A stretch of DNA of 63,972 bases, counting the filler, from Octopus bimaculoides (lineage: Eukaryota): the NCBI RefSeq assembly GCF_001194135.2. It is 6 parts of 5 records of this genome, joined end to end, with 100 filler letters (N's around TTAATTAATTAA, not from the genome) between each part and the next. Parts side by side here need not be neighbours in the genome. Positions count along the whole stretch, not along the records: positions 29,209 to 46,060 come from NC_068981.1; positions 46,161 to 56,890 come from NC_068984.1; 4 more parts are not named here. One strand, 5' to 3'. Each line of letters opens with the position of its first letter. The first letter of the stretch is position 1. The notes beneath the pieces are model-generated. The model was not told the DNA's origin. It made no database searches and worked only from the letters and a program-made list of their open reading frames with translations. Of the stretch, positions 35,529-47,500 are shown in pieces. The position numbers were made by a program, and so were the translations under genes.

Positions 35529-37415
35529 TGTGAAAATCATTATAAATGTTGTCAGTCAGTGTCACTATAGGCAGAGAGTACGAAGTAGACGGTCATATAT
35601 AGTTGTAGTTTTACTTGTTTAACTAACTATGCTAATCTACCGGAGTGGACGTTATAACAGTCAGACGAACGGATTACAACAGTGGCGACGAAGAATTAAC
35701 AAACTCGCAATGTGTTACGAAACCCACAAAAGTTTTTGTGCGAATTTTACGGTACACCAAATCGTAAAATTATGGAAGATTTTTTGGCCGGTTTTCACGA
35801 GTTGCAACAACAACTGCAAAAACAACAGCCGAAGCAAAAACAACAATTACTAATACAGCTACTACAAATGCTGCAATTAATGAATAGTAAGTCGTCAGGA
35901 AATACTGAAAAACTGTTCTCGCCAGATTATGTTGCGAACTCAGTAAAACAATCTAAGTATGAACCAGACATATTGTGTAAAATGTTTAGCGAGAAAAGTA
36001 CATTGTTCAAAACACGCTTGCAATGTTTGAACCTAGAAAAGAACGAGGAGGACTACATCAGAAATGCTGGTAGATTTAAGAGAGAATGTGAAAAGTTTAA
36101 ATTGGACGAATTAACGCCAAATATATTCAAGTGCATCAGAGACTAATTGCAGAAAATGACACAGAAGTAAAAGCAAGAATTCTCGCTGAGCTGAAACAAA
36201 ATCAAGCTGTAACCTTACAACAAGTGTCAGAAGAGCGTGAAAGAATAATAAATATAAGACAAGACACGAGTGTGAAAAGTGTGAAAGAATAATAAATTTA
36301 AAACACCAAGAGAGAAAATTGAAGATAAAGATTGCTCCCAAGTGAAACAGGCAGAAGAAAAATTTACTGAGTACTAAAATACAGTACAAACAGGACAAAA
36401 ATCAGGAAATAAACCCATGTTTTGGATGTGGAGGTCTAAACCTCAGACAAAATGCCCATATAAGAAAGCGGAATGCTTTCGTTGTGGAAAAATTGGACAC
36501 ATAAAAGTGCCCTCTGTAAAACCAAGAGGTAAAAAAACGTTGGAACAACGAAAAAAGAATAAACAAGATGTCGTCGAACCAAAATGGTAATATAACAAAG
36601 AGGAAATTCGTAAATGTGTTAATTGAAAATGTAAGAGTAAAAAATTAATTAGACACTCGCAGTAATATTATCATTGTGAATGAAGAAACTTGGAAATATA
36701 TCGGTAAGCCAAGATTAAATAAATTTAGAAAAGTAGCACACAAAGTTACGGGTAAAAGATTGTATTTTGTAGGTGAATTTGTGTGTAATTGACAATTCGT
36801 GAACAAATAAAAACGGCAAAAATATGTGTTAAAAAATTCAGTTAATCTATTCAGCACAGAGAGGATGGATTTATTCAGATTGTGGAATACACCCATAAGT
36901 GTTTTGTGTGAAAATATAATCGGTTCAGTCGAAAGTTCGAATGCGGTTGAGGAAGTGAAATGAAAAATAAAACATTTCCAGACGTTTTCCCGGAGGAACA
37001 AAGCTGCTGCACGAAAACGAAGACAAAGATTGTACTAAAATAAAGTGCAACACACCTGTAATTAAACCAAAACGGTTAATGTACCGTTTGCGGCAATAGA
37101 ACAGGCAAATAAGGAGCTTGAAAGACTTGAAAGCCTAGCAATAATCGAGAAGACAGGCTACTCAGACTGAACAGCAATTAAGATCTTGTGTAAATTTTTC
37201 AACAGGTTGAATTATTGCTTAATCTGGCATAACTACCCATTGCCGAGTCCTGAGGAAGTGTTCGCAAAATTGAATGGAGAGAAATTCTCAAAATTAGACC
37301 TCTCTATGGCATATCTACAAATTCAAGTAGGAGAAGAATGCTTACATTTATCAACCATTAATACACACGGTAGCTTATCTAAATTTAAGCAGCATCCCTT
37401 CGATGTAAGAGTGGC
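35529..37415 (+). mobile_element. Ty3/Gypsy (Mag-like) LTR retrotransposon remnant: 5' LTR, PBS, gag, protease and RT start
   Basis: LTR end caaca, then TGGCGACGA PBS at 35683. Gag: STLFKTRLQCLNL...CEKFKLDELT. Paired zinc knuckles CFGCGG / CFRCGKIGH. Protease LDTRSNIIIVNEETWKYIGKP. RT: NYPLPSPEEVFAKLNGEKFSKLDLSMAYLQI. Truncated before YxDD. Confidence 0.9.
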
Positions 37416-37438
37416 CAGGCACTCTTACAAGGAGGCAG

Positions 37439-37804
37439 GTAAGCTTGCCAAAATTCCAGCGCGTGAACGAATTTATGAATAGAACTACGGATATTTTTGA
37501 GAGGACCTACCATAGCTAAGATATGGAAATTTATGAAACTTTTTAAAGTATCTTCGGCAAGTTGGGACGAACTATCATAGCTAAGATATCGAAGTTTATA
37601 AACATCTTCCAGTTTTAAGAAGCCTTACAGTATTTTATCTACACATCCTTCATCTTATTTATGATGTAACTATCTCAAGGTTTTAGTAAACATAGAAAGT
37701 ACTAGAAAAATCCTACTCATTTTTGGTGGGAACTATTAAGTGACCATGTCAACGTATGAATGATTTCAGCAGCACTGAGAACTCATTAGAATAATAAGGA
37801 AAGA

Positions 37805-37853
<49 letters not shown>

Positions 37854-38008
37854 GAGAGGAAGAGGGAAGCAGATAAGCTCGCCAAAATTCCAGCGTGTGG
37901 GTGAATTTATGTATAGAACTATAGATTCTTTTTGAGAGGGCCTAGCATATCTAAGACATGGAAATTTATGGAATTTTTAAGAGTATCTTCGGCAAGTTGG
38001 AACTATTA
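37439..38008 (+). repeat. ~135-bp direct repeat pair (37439-37575 and 37873-38008)
   Basis: taagct(t/c)gccaaaattccagcg...gaatttatg...atagaacta...ttttgagagg...aagtatcttcggcaagttgg occurs twice. Confidence 0.85.
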
Positions 38009-38132
38009 ACTTTTATTCTTTTACTCTTTTACTTGTTTCATTCATTTGACTGCGGCCATGCTGGTGTACCGCCTTTAGTCGAGCTTCTGTTGTTGCTGTT
38101 GTTGTTGTTGTTGTTGTTATTATTATTATTAT

Positions 38133-38187
<55 letters not shown>

Positions 38188-38269
38188 TAGTTTTATTTTT
38201 ATCATTATTTACTTTTAATCTGCATATTTGTTAAAGTCACTTGCCGAGACACACTCACCGTCCTAGGGT

Positions 38270-38810
38270 ATGTAAAGGATTATAGTAATACTGAAAGCTT
38301 GGGAATGGGAAGTGATAGGGCAGTAACGAAATATATTCATGTGATACAACACAGACATTTAAATTGATAGGGTTTTTCTAAGGATGTGGGCATTACTTAC
38401 CAGCACAATCTTTTGGAGTTCTCTGAGACATGGTTCTTCTAGGATGTTATCTAGATGTTTCTGACATCCCTTTTTATCATACCTAGGGCACCTACAATAA
38501 CAGGAAAAGTTCTCATTTTAAGATGCCACATCTTTTGTATTTCAATTTCCAATTTACTTAATTCGTCAAATTCCTTGACAGATAAATTTTTATCAGTGGG
38601 AACACTTACATCTATCATTCTGCAAGTATGTTCTTCCCTGTCCTTACTGACTATATCTGGTCGATTATTCTGGATCGTTCTGTCGGTGTTGACTGGAAAA
38701 TCTCAGATGATAGTGACATTTTTACCATCAATGACTGACTCAGAATGATGTTCATACCAGTAAGCAGGAGTGCTGATTTTGTAATGTTTACAGATTTTCC
38801 AGTTCTGATT
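38270..38810 (-). mobile_element. R4/Dong-type (RLE) non-LTR element, 3' part
   Basis: WKICKHYK...WYEH...DFPVNTDRTIQNNRPDIV...IDVSVPTDKN...EIQKMWHL...VIVGALGMIK, the PD-(D/E)xK endonuclease region. Confidence 0.9.
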
Positions 38811-38811
38811 A

Positions 38812-39430
38812 AATACGAAAAAATGTTTAAGAAATATATACAACAACTGAATACCTTACAGCAACACACCAGGATGGGAAAACGCAATTTATTCTCGAAA
38901 AATGACCAGGGACAACAGATATAAATCAAAAGTTTAAGTAACAGGGCTACCTCAAGGATTCGAAGATCTACCTCAAAACTGCAGTAAATAAAACCTTACC
39001 ACTTCTCAAACATCAATTGCTGACATCCCCCTAGGTTCAGCCAAAGACATTGTTTTCTGGTCAAAACCGGACCCTCGGAAAAAAAAAACAAAAAGGCATT
39101 GAACCAACCAAAATCAGTGGCTTTTTAAGGGAGTCAACCAATCAGAGCCCTGAACAACTGTCAGACAGAGACAAGTTATTTAGTCCTTTAACAACAATAA
39201 ACGACGTAAGCAGAAGATCAATCAACCAGAGCACCGGGTCCCTAGAACAAGGGATCAAGACATTCGACAAACAAATGACGTCTCCAAGAAGTCGACCAAC
39301 CAGTAGGCAAGGCTTCTGCCAAAACAAAAATATCTGACCAAAATATCTTTATATCAAGTGACATATTAATGCGGCTAGCCAATCAACATACTAGACTATA
39401 GACGGACAAAAACGAGTGATGTCATTAAAT
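38812..39430 (+). mobile_element. Highly degenerate RT 5' segment, probably R4-type, opposite in orientation to the adjacent fragment
   Basis: GQNRTLGKKKQKGIEPT, QGFCQN and YLDYRR are in the order expected for RT domains 1-2. Confidence 0.45.
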
Positions 39431-40856
39431 TTACAACGAATCAGAACTTGATCCTTTAACTTAAGATACATATACATACATACATACATACATACATNNN
39501 NNNNNNNNNNNNNNNNNNNNNNNNNNNNNNNNNNNNNNNNNNNNNNNNNNNNNNNNNNNNNNNNNNNNNNNNNNNNNNNNNNNNNNNNNNNNNNNNNNNN
39601 NNNNNNNNNNNNNNNNNNNNNNNNNNNNNNNNNNNNNNNNNNNNNNNNNNNNNNNNNNNNNNNNNNNNNNNNNNNNNNNNNNNNNNNNNNNNNNNNNNNN
39701 NNNNNNNNNNNNNNNNNNNNNNNNNNNNNNNNNNNNNNNNNNNNNNNNNNNNNNNNNNNNNNNNNNNNNNNNNNNNNNNNNNNNNNNNNNNNNNNNNNNN
39801 NNNNAAGCAATTTTCACTTAAAACATTTCAAAATCTCACTAGCAAAACCAGCGACGAAAAATACTCTTTCATGCACTGCGGCAGGAACTATAGAAATATA
39901 GAAACATTTTTTCCTTCCCCCCTTTTTAAAAAAACTTCATCGTACCTAATCTTCATATAACTAAATATTATTGATCTTTCAATAATATATGACTGTTACG
40001 CAACTCATCGAACGTTTGAATTTGTATTACAGTCTAACTCTGAGAAACTCAATGGAATTAGTACGAACAATTGATCTTTCAAGCATATTTTTCAGAATAT
40101 TTCCATGTAAGTTTAATCTCTCCGCAACCCTTTATTTATTTATTTCAATACTTATCATTGATAAACAGAAGATTGTCGAAACTGGTTTGGTATTTTACCA
40201 AAAGTTACAAAATTTAAAAAAGAATACACTTTTCCCAAGACTCGGGTGCACTTACAAACTCCCAAACAACTTCTCTTATATTGTTTCTTGCGTGAGAGGA
40301 ACGTACTTGTTTTCCCCATATGTGTGTGTGTGTACATATATACACAGACAGTTTGGATCTTGGCTCCTGTCAATCGTGGTTATTAGCCCGCTAGCTTCCG
40401 GCGTGTAGCTGACTACCGGTATATGCTGTAGGATCACAAATAAATTATTATCCACATCTTATCTGCTGGTGACAAGATTAAATAACTTAATCAAAGCAGT
40501 TTAATGATATAAGATATTCTGCTACTTTGCTACTTCAATCCCGGTAGTAGAAGCCACAGAAATCATGCAACAATGAAATAAAATAAAAAGAGGACAGGAC
40601 AATGACACTTGAACCTACTAAGGTAATATATTTATATTTGGTGCATCACACAATAAGGAATTGCGTATCATTTCATCATTTCATCAGGCATCTGAAATAT
40701 CAGTAGAAACATAATCAATAGTTCAAGTATTTAAAGGTTTGGTGGGTGATTTCTGAGTAAGTAATACACCAATTGTGAACAAATTGCCATGCCATTGAAA
40801 CATTTGTATCATGTATTGAACTGTCGATGTCCATTCAACCACTTTTATTTTATTTA

Positions 40857-40929
<73 letters not shown>

Positions 40930-41247
40930 AAGTATAAGTAATGGTCTTTACATATGTCTTGATTTTTGCAAATTCAACATACAGCTGTTTTTAAAAGGCA
41001 TAATTGGTTCGCTAAATTACCTATTTACTCACATAGTCCATTGACCGGCTGAGGAAAATTGAACGGCCTTAAAAAAACTAATGTTATCTTTGTCAGAGCT
41101 TGCGCTTCTAATGAAAGATTGGGCGAAATCAAGGCAGAATAATGATAAATGAAGATAGTGCCATGGGAAAGGAATGGATACAAACAAACACACATACATG
41201 CATTCACATACACACACATACACATACGCTTACATATATACATGAAG

Positions 41248-41315
<68 letters not shown>

Positions 41316-41325
41316 NNNNNNNNNN

Positions 41326-41375
<50 letters not shown>

Positions 41376-41480
41376 CAGACAGACAGACAGACAGACAGGC
41401 AGACAGACAGAAACAGAGACAGAGAGAGGTTGTTACAGATACATAGATAACTGAATATATACATGCATATAAATTTATAT

Positions 41481-42650
41481 TCGTGGGTGAACTGAAAGCT
41501 TCATAGGCTAACTATGAAGGAGAGACGCTAGTGATGTGAAAACTTGTATACATTAATTTCCACTCTTCCTAATACTGCATTGTTTCTTTTCGGGTAAACT
41601 GACATGTGCCAGTTGAAAGAAGACTTCAAACCTAAAAGCGACTTCTCTCGAAAATCGACAAAATTTGGCATCGTGGTGTTATCAAGTACCAGCAGTAAAA
41701 GGCTTTACCTCCCAACGACATTCATGTTCACATTGATACTGCATTAGCGGATGACACTCCAGAGTGCAAATGTGTGCAGCTGAATTTAGGAGTGGAAGAG
41801 AAGGTCTTGAAAACGACCCAATGGACGTCCTGAAATTGCCACTACCGGAGAAACCATGGATCATGTTCACCACATGCTAATGGATGACAGACGATTGACG
41901 TTAAATCAAATAACCATTACTGTTAGCATTTCCTGTGAGAGAGTTGACAATATTCTGCACAGTAAACTTGGCATCGAGATGATCACATCAAAGGAAAATC
42001 TAATATTATTTGAAGCAAATTCGGCTGGGTTTTTAACGTTTCTTTTTAGCCAGAAACTATGAGACAATGCATATAGTAGAAGTATGTTTCCTAATCTGCT
42101 CCAAAGAAGGTCAAGGTCGTTTTATCTACAAGTAAGATGATGGCCACAGTTTTTGGTGATGCAAAAGGCAGTGTGTTTAATGACTATCTTCAAAAGGACC
42201 ACGCCACCGATAGAGAGTATTATGCCAACATACAGATGCAGTTATGAAAGGCTAACAAACCAAATACCAGAAAAAACTGGTGAATGGTCTCTTCTTTATC
42301 AAAATGACGCTCCATCACAAAATTCCTTCGTTTCAATGGATGCAGTACGTGACTGTGGCTTTGAGCTAGTTGATCACACCCTATTCTCACGATTGGCTCA
42401 ATCATCTATTCCCCAATATGAAAACACACATGGTTAGAAACTAATAAGTCAATGATGATGACGTTATGTCTGCTGTCGATGAGACCTTTTGATCAACAGG
42501 ATAAAAGCTTTTTCACCAATGCCATCCTAGTCCTCCAACATCGATGGAAGAAGTGAGTGTGTGGAGCGTAAGGGGTGGGGGCTGTATTGAAAACTAGACC
42601 TTATTTTCTCACATTCTATGAGAGTATCTTGGTTGAACTTTTCACTCGAC

Positions 42651-42653
<3 letters not shown>
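41481..42653 (+). mobile_element. Mariner (irritans-like) transposon, defective
   Basis: DKIWHRGVIKY..., CAAEFRSGREGLENDP, MDDRRLT, KVMATVF, QNDAPS. Imperfect TIRs: gggtgaactgaaagcttca / tgaacttttcactcgacc. Confidence 0.88.
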
Positions 42654-42684
<31 letters not shown>

Positions 42685-43169
42685 TTAGGGAAAAGAACCA
42701 AGGTTCATGAAGTCATCGATGAAAATCCACTATCACATATAGAAAAATTAATAATTAATAATTATTAATTCTTCTATATGTGNNNNNNNNNNNNNNNNNN
42801 NNNNNNNNNNNNNNNNNNNNNNNNNNNNNNNNNNNNNNNNNNNNNNNNNNNNNNNNNNNNNNNNNNNNNNNNNNNNNNNNNNNNNNNNNNNNNNNNNNNN
42901 NNNNNNNNNNNNNNNNNNNNNNNNNNNNNNNNNNNNNNNNNNNNNNNNNNNNNNNNNNNNNNNNNNNNNNNNNNNNNNNNNNNNNNNNNNNNNNNNNNNN
43001 NNNNNNNNNNNNNNNNNNNNNNNNNNNNNNNNNNNNNNNNNNNNNNNNNNNNNNNNNNNNNNNNNNNNNNNNNNNNNNNNNNNNNNNNNNNNNNNNNNNN
43101 NNNNNNNNNNNNNNNNNNNNNNNNNNNNNNNNNNNNNNNNNNNNNNNNNNNNNNNNNNNNNNNNNATAT

Positions 43170-43960
43170 ATATATATATATATACGTATTCATAAACAGG
43201 ATAGTTATAAAGATAAAGTTAGTCTTACAGCTGTTTCTGGAATTATAGGAATATCTCTTGAACAGAGACGATGTGAGATGGTTAAATAGAGGGAAATAAC
43301 AGAGTTCAATATAAGGAGTCATTTTGGAAAAGGATGGAAACATAAAGGGAAGTAAGAAATAAAAGTAAAAATAAAAAATATATGTGGGATGTTATAGTTG
43401 CAGTTCCATTATCCGAGGAATGTGGTGTGTAGAAGTGGTAGAAATGCTTCTTGTCCATGGTATGTAAATTCCGATAAGAGTTCATATTTTGTCATTGCAA
43501 ATGGAAAATGTGAGGACGTAGATTCCATTTGCTGTTCATTCAAAGGGGTCTTGTGGTGTGAATAAAAAGTTTGAGAATGTAGTGGTAGTATTAAGTGGAT
43601 AGAAAGGAGAGAAAGGATGTGTATATTAAAATGAGGAGAATGGTCAAAAGGAACAAGTGAGGAAAGAAGAAAGAAAGAACGAAAGAAAGAAAGAAAGGAA
43701 GAAAGGAAAAAAGAAAAGAGGGGGAAAAATGAAAAACGGCGTGTTGGTGGTCAAGATATTATGAGGTGGATGGGAGAGGAGTAGGGGAGGGAAGGAAGTG
43801 ATAAGAATGTAAGGAATGAATATGTGAGAGAAGTGGGAGGTGGGGTGTTGAAAAGTATCAAGATGGAGGGATGGGTACAGAAAATGGTAAAGGGGTTTAC
43901 TAAAGTGAGTAGTAGACCTCAAAAAGGTAGGGAAGAATAGTAAGATATAATGGTCTAGTT
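43170..43960 (-). mobile_element. Probable second Penelope-like 3' remnant
   Basis: Minus-strand ANGIYVLTFSICND resembles a GIY-YIG N-terminal motif. A C/T-rich tail follows, then a hammerhead-like motif. Confidence 0.4.
43222..43269 (-). ncRNA. Hammerhead-like motif with variant core
   Basis: GTCT-CTGTTCA-(21-nt imperfect stem II)-GAAAC-AGCT-GTA-AGAC. Stem I pairs 4/4, stem III is the palindrome ACAGCTGT and the site is GUA. Confidence 0.45.
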
Positions 43961-44366
43961 TCTAAAAATAGACGGAGGTGTTTATTGTACTGGCTACTGT
44001 GATAGTGGGGACTGAGGAATCAGAGAGAGAAAGAAAGCAGTGTATACTGATATACGCACGCACGCGCATGTACACATACATATACGTGTGCATCTGTACT
44101 ATTATATAGGCTCGCATACTTATGTACTTAACCCCATATGTATATATGTATATGCACACACAAACACCCATAGATAAATGCATACACACAAACCCCTGTG
44201 TACATACACACACATACACGTACATACATATGTATGCATACGCGCGCACACACACACACACACACACGCACACACACACGCACACACACGCACACACGCA
44301 CACACGCACACACACACACACATATATATCTAGAGAGAGGGGGAGGGGGAGAGGGAGAGAGAGATT

Positions 44367-45553
44367 TTAAGTCGTCAAATATGACATTTGTAGTAAAGTA
44401 TATTGTAAGGTTTGACAGCTGTTCATTTTGTGCCATTATTATATTTTGACAATCATTATTTTTTGTTAGATAGCTGACACATCTATTTCTTTACTCTAAC
44501 TCATTTTGCGCTTTATAAAGTAATTATACATTGTTGTTTGCTTTTTTTTAGAGAGAGGGTGAAGTCGAAAATTCGTACAGTTTTGAAATATGTTCTTGAA
44601 ATATGAGTTCTTGAAAATACAGCATCACAGACAGCTCGGAATATTAATGGAGTATTTCATTCTAGTGGTATTACACAGCACACAGTATCAAATTTAGTTC
44701 TGGTAACTTTGACCTCACAAATGAACAACGTGGTCGGCCAGAAAGAAAGGTAGATAATGACGAACTGGAAGCCACCGTCGAGTCAGATCTATTTCAATCT
44801 GCCCGTGAATTACCGTTGTTGTTTAGTATTAGCAAGCAAACAATATTGACTCGGCTAGTGCAAATCGGTAAAGTGAAGAAGTTAGATAAGTGGGTTCCAC
44901 GTGAACTAAATGATAATCAGAAACAGCAACGTCTGGAAGCCTGCATTATGCTACTTTCTCGTCACAAAAATTAATCATTTTTGCATTGAATTTGCATGTG
45001 ATGAGAAATGGATCCAATATAACAACTGTAAATGTTCAGCAGAATGGTTGGAGAAAGACGACCCACTAAAACAGTTCAAATAGCAAAATTCATCAATGGC
45101 GTTTGTTTGGTGGTCTGGCGCAAGTGTGATCCATTATGATTTCTTTAAAACTGAACTAAATGATGCAGAAACTTGCTAAAAAAAAACAACAACCTACATT
45201 AGTCGACATATCCATTCCTATGTAATTGCAAGACAACGCCAGACTACACATCACAAAAATGACATTGGCGAAACTACAGGAGTTGGAATTGGAAGTTCTC
45301 CCTCATCCACCATACTCACCTGATCTTGCCCCAACTGACTACCACTTTTACCGGAATTTGGATAACGTTTTGATAGGAAAAAAATTTAATTCCGACGAGG
45401 CTGTAAAATAGGCCTTCCAAGATTTTATTGACTCTATATTGCCAGGCTTTTACAGTTCCGGGCTGAACAAGCTACCGCTGAAATGGCAAAATTGTATTGA
45501 CAATATGGGTGCATACTTTGATGAATAAAACTATTCCTTGTATTTAGAAAACA
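44367..45553 (+). mobile_element. Mariner transposon copy 1, defective and lacking the right TIR
   Basis: WVPRELN, CDEKW, QDNARLH and HPPYSPDLAPTDYHF (DD34D). Colinear with the 58005 copy. Confidence 0.93.
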
Positions 45554-45995
45554 CTAGCAGCTAAGCTCGGTTTCACCCGGTCGGTTTGGATGATGTGGCT
45601 GTAAAACCTGCTCTGTATAAGCATTCTACTTGTTTGGGCACGCTTTCGTTAAAAAACAATTTTAGAGTGACTTTTTTCTGTCAAAACGCTAAAAAATAAC
45701 TGACCAACAAAAAAAATAAGCATGATTCAACCGAATCAAAAAATAAACCCAAATACTAAGCGAACAAAGATGAACCATCCCACATCCATTGCGCGCGCAA
45801 CGCACGCACACATTCACATACCCCCCCCTTTTACTTACACAAACATGTATTCACACAAGGCTGAAATGCTGATTTATTTTTCAGCGTACAATTTTCATCA
45901 TCCCTCTACCAAGTATAACATCACCCCTTCATTCCTTATTCATATATCACCCCTTCCTTTCTCATTCATAAATACAAGAGTATTATTATAAAAGA
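45554..45995 (-). mobile_element. Non-autonomous Helitron-like element inserted at an A|T site
   Basis: Minus strand: A|TCTTTTATAATAATA...gaccgggtgaaaccgagcttagctgCTAG|T, giving 5' TC, a subterminal GC hairpin remnant, 3' CTAG and no TSD. Confidence 0.75.
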
Positions 45996-46160
45996 TTATC
46001 TCGCTAACCATGGGAGCTATGAAAAAATACAAAGCCCAGCACCACCACCAGATCATTCTANNNNNNNNNNNNNNNNNNNNNNNNNNNNNNNNNNNNNNNN
46101 NNNNTTAATTAATTAANNNNNNNNNNNNNNNNNNNNNNNNNNNNNNNNNNNNNNNNNNNN

Positions 46161-46247
46161 AGCACCACAGCAAACCACAGCACATACCCAAGGCGCACAG
46201 AGCTGCGCTCGGTAGTGAAGTGAAAGCACGTTATAAAAATAAAACTA

Positions 46248-46318
<71 letters not shown>
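46161..46318 (+). mobile_element. 3' UTR of the R4/Dong-type element followed by (AAT)n
   Basis: Matches 63741-63843 (cccaaggcgcacagagctgcgctcggtagtgaagtg...aaaactactgaataataat). Confidence 0.85.
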
Positions 46319-46319
<1 letters not shown>

Positions 46320-46960
46320 TTTTGCCACAAGGGTAGCTTGGGGGAGGGGGTTAAGTCGTCTCCAGTGCATAACTGGTACTTAATTTATCAACCCTGAAAG
46401 GATGAAAGGTAAAGTCGACCTCGGCAGAATTTGAACTCAGAACATAATGGGCAAAATATTGCTAAGCATTTTGCCTGTCATGATAATAGCAATAATAATA
46501 ATAATGGTTACTTCAATTCAGTTTTTCAATTCCCTGTCTTTTTTCCTCAGTTTATTACCCTGACATTGGATTACTAAATTAATACGCAATAAAAATCATT
46601 GTTCATGAAGACTGAATGCTCACATTGTCTGTCACAAGGTTTCAGATTTTCATGGGAAGAGTAAAATTACTCAAATTAACCCCAGTACATGTATGGCAGT
46701 TATTTTATCTAACCCCTGACAAAGAGAAAAGAACTTAACAACAACAACAGGAATGAGAACACAAGACGCAGAAGGATGCTTCAAATTTTGGTGCCAGGCC
46801 AGCAATTTTAAGGGAGGGACAAGTCAATAACATTAGCACCAGTGTTCAACCGGTACTTATTTTATCAGCTCTATAAAGATGAAAGGTAAAATTGCCCTTG
46901 GTGGAATTTGAACCTAGAACATAAAGAGTCAAATGAAATACTATTGAGCGTTTAGATAGA
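46320..46960 (-). mobile_element. Two CpG-decayed SINE family A copies (46320-46490, 46780-46960)
   Basis: ggatgaaaggtaaagtcgacctcggcagaatttgaactcagaac; gatgaaaggtaaaattgcccttggtggaatttgaacc. Confidence 0.8.
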
Positions 46961-47321
46961 TATAACTAAATACCACGGCACATTTATCTCCTTGCTCTAA
47001 AACAACTCATTTCTGTCATTCACTTTTTTTAAACTCTTAAATTCCAAACATAAAAATAATGTTTTCTTAAAATTATTTTCATTTTCAAACATACCAAATA
47101 ATAAATGTTTAATTTAACAATTAACAGTCTGTCTTTGTGTTATTTTGAATGGTTAATATGTGTCTTTCATGCTTTAATTGTTATTTTAAAATCATTTTCC
47201 AAATATTTCCAATGTAAATATTTAGCAACAAAAATAAAAATAAACAAAATGATCGTCGGCAAACTGTCAGTTAAGCTGAATAATTTGACAGTTGTAATGA
47301 GAACAAAACAGAATCTCTTAC

Positions 47322-47391
47322 CTTTAGAGAAAATGGTAACAAATGAGCAGGATAACAGGATAAGGAACCCTCTTACTACAGAGTATGGCAT
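47322..47391 (-). CDS. Probable first coding exon of an unidentified secreted or membrane protein: MPYSVVRGFLILLSCSFVTIFSK(G/D/E/A/V)
   Basis: gagATG at 47391, a 23-codon signal-peptide-like hydrophobic stretch and a strong phase-1 donor AAG|GTAAGA. A TATA box lies about 80 bp upstream, with no ATG in between. Confidence 0.6.
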
Positions 47392-47439
47392 CTCTCTTCT
47401 GGTTCTTACAGTTGTAGTCTTCTCAATAAGTCTTAAAAG

Positions 47440-47500
47440 TCCTATGTCAATCTCACCTAAAGTGCTGGCTTTATATATACACCAATGATGTGCCAATCAT
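47440..47500 (-). promoter_or_regulatory. Candidate core promoter (TATA box, CA initiator, CCAAT motifs)
   Basis: Minus-strand GTATATATAAAG at 47480-47469. TATAAA starts 30 nt before a CA at 47446-45. Two ccaat motifs (+) lie at about 47482 and 47493. Confidence 0.5.
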
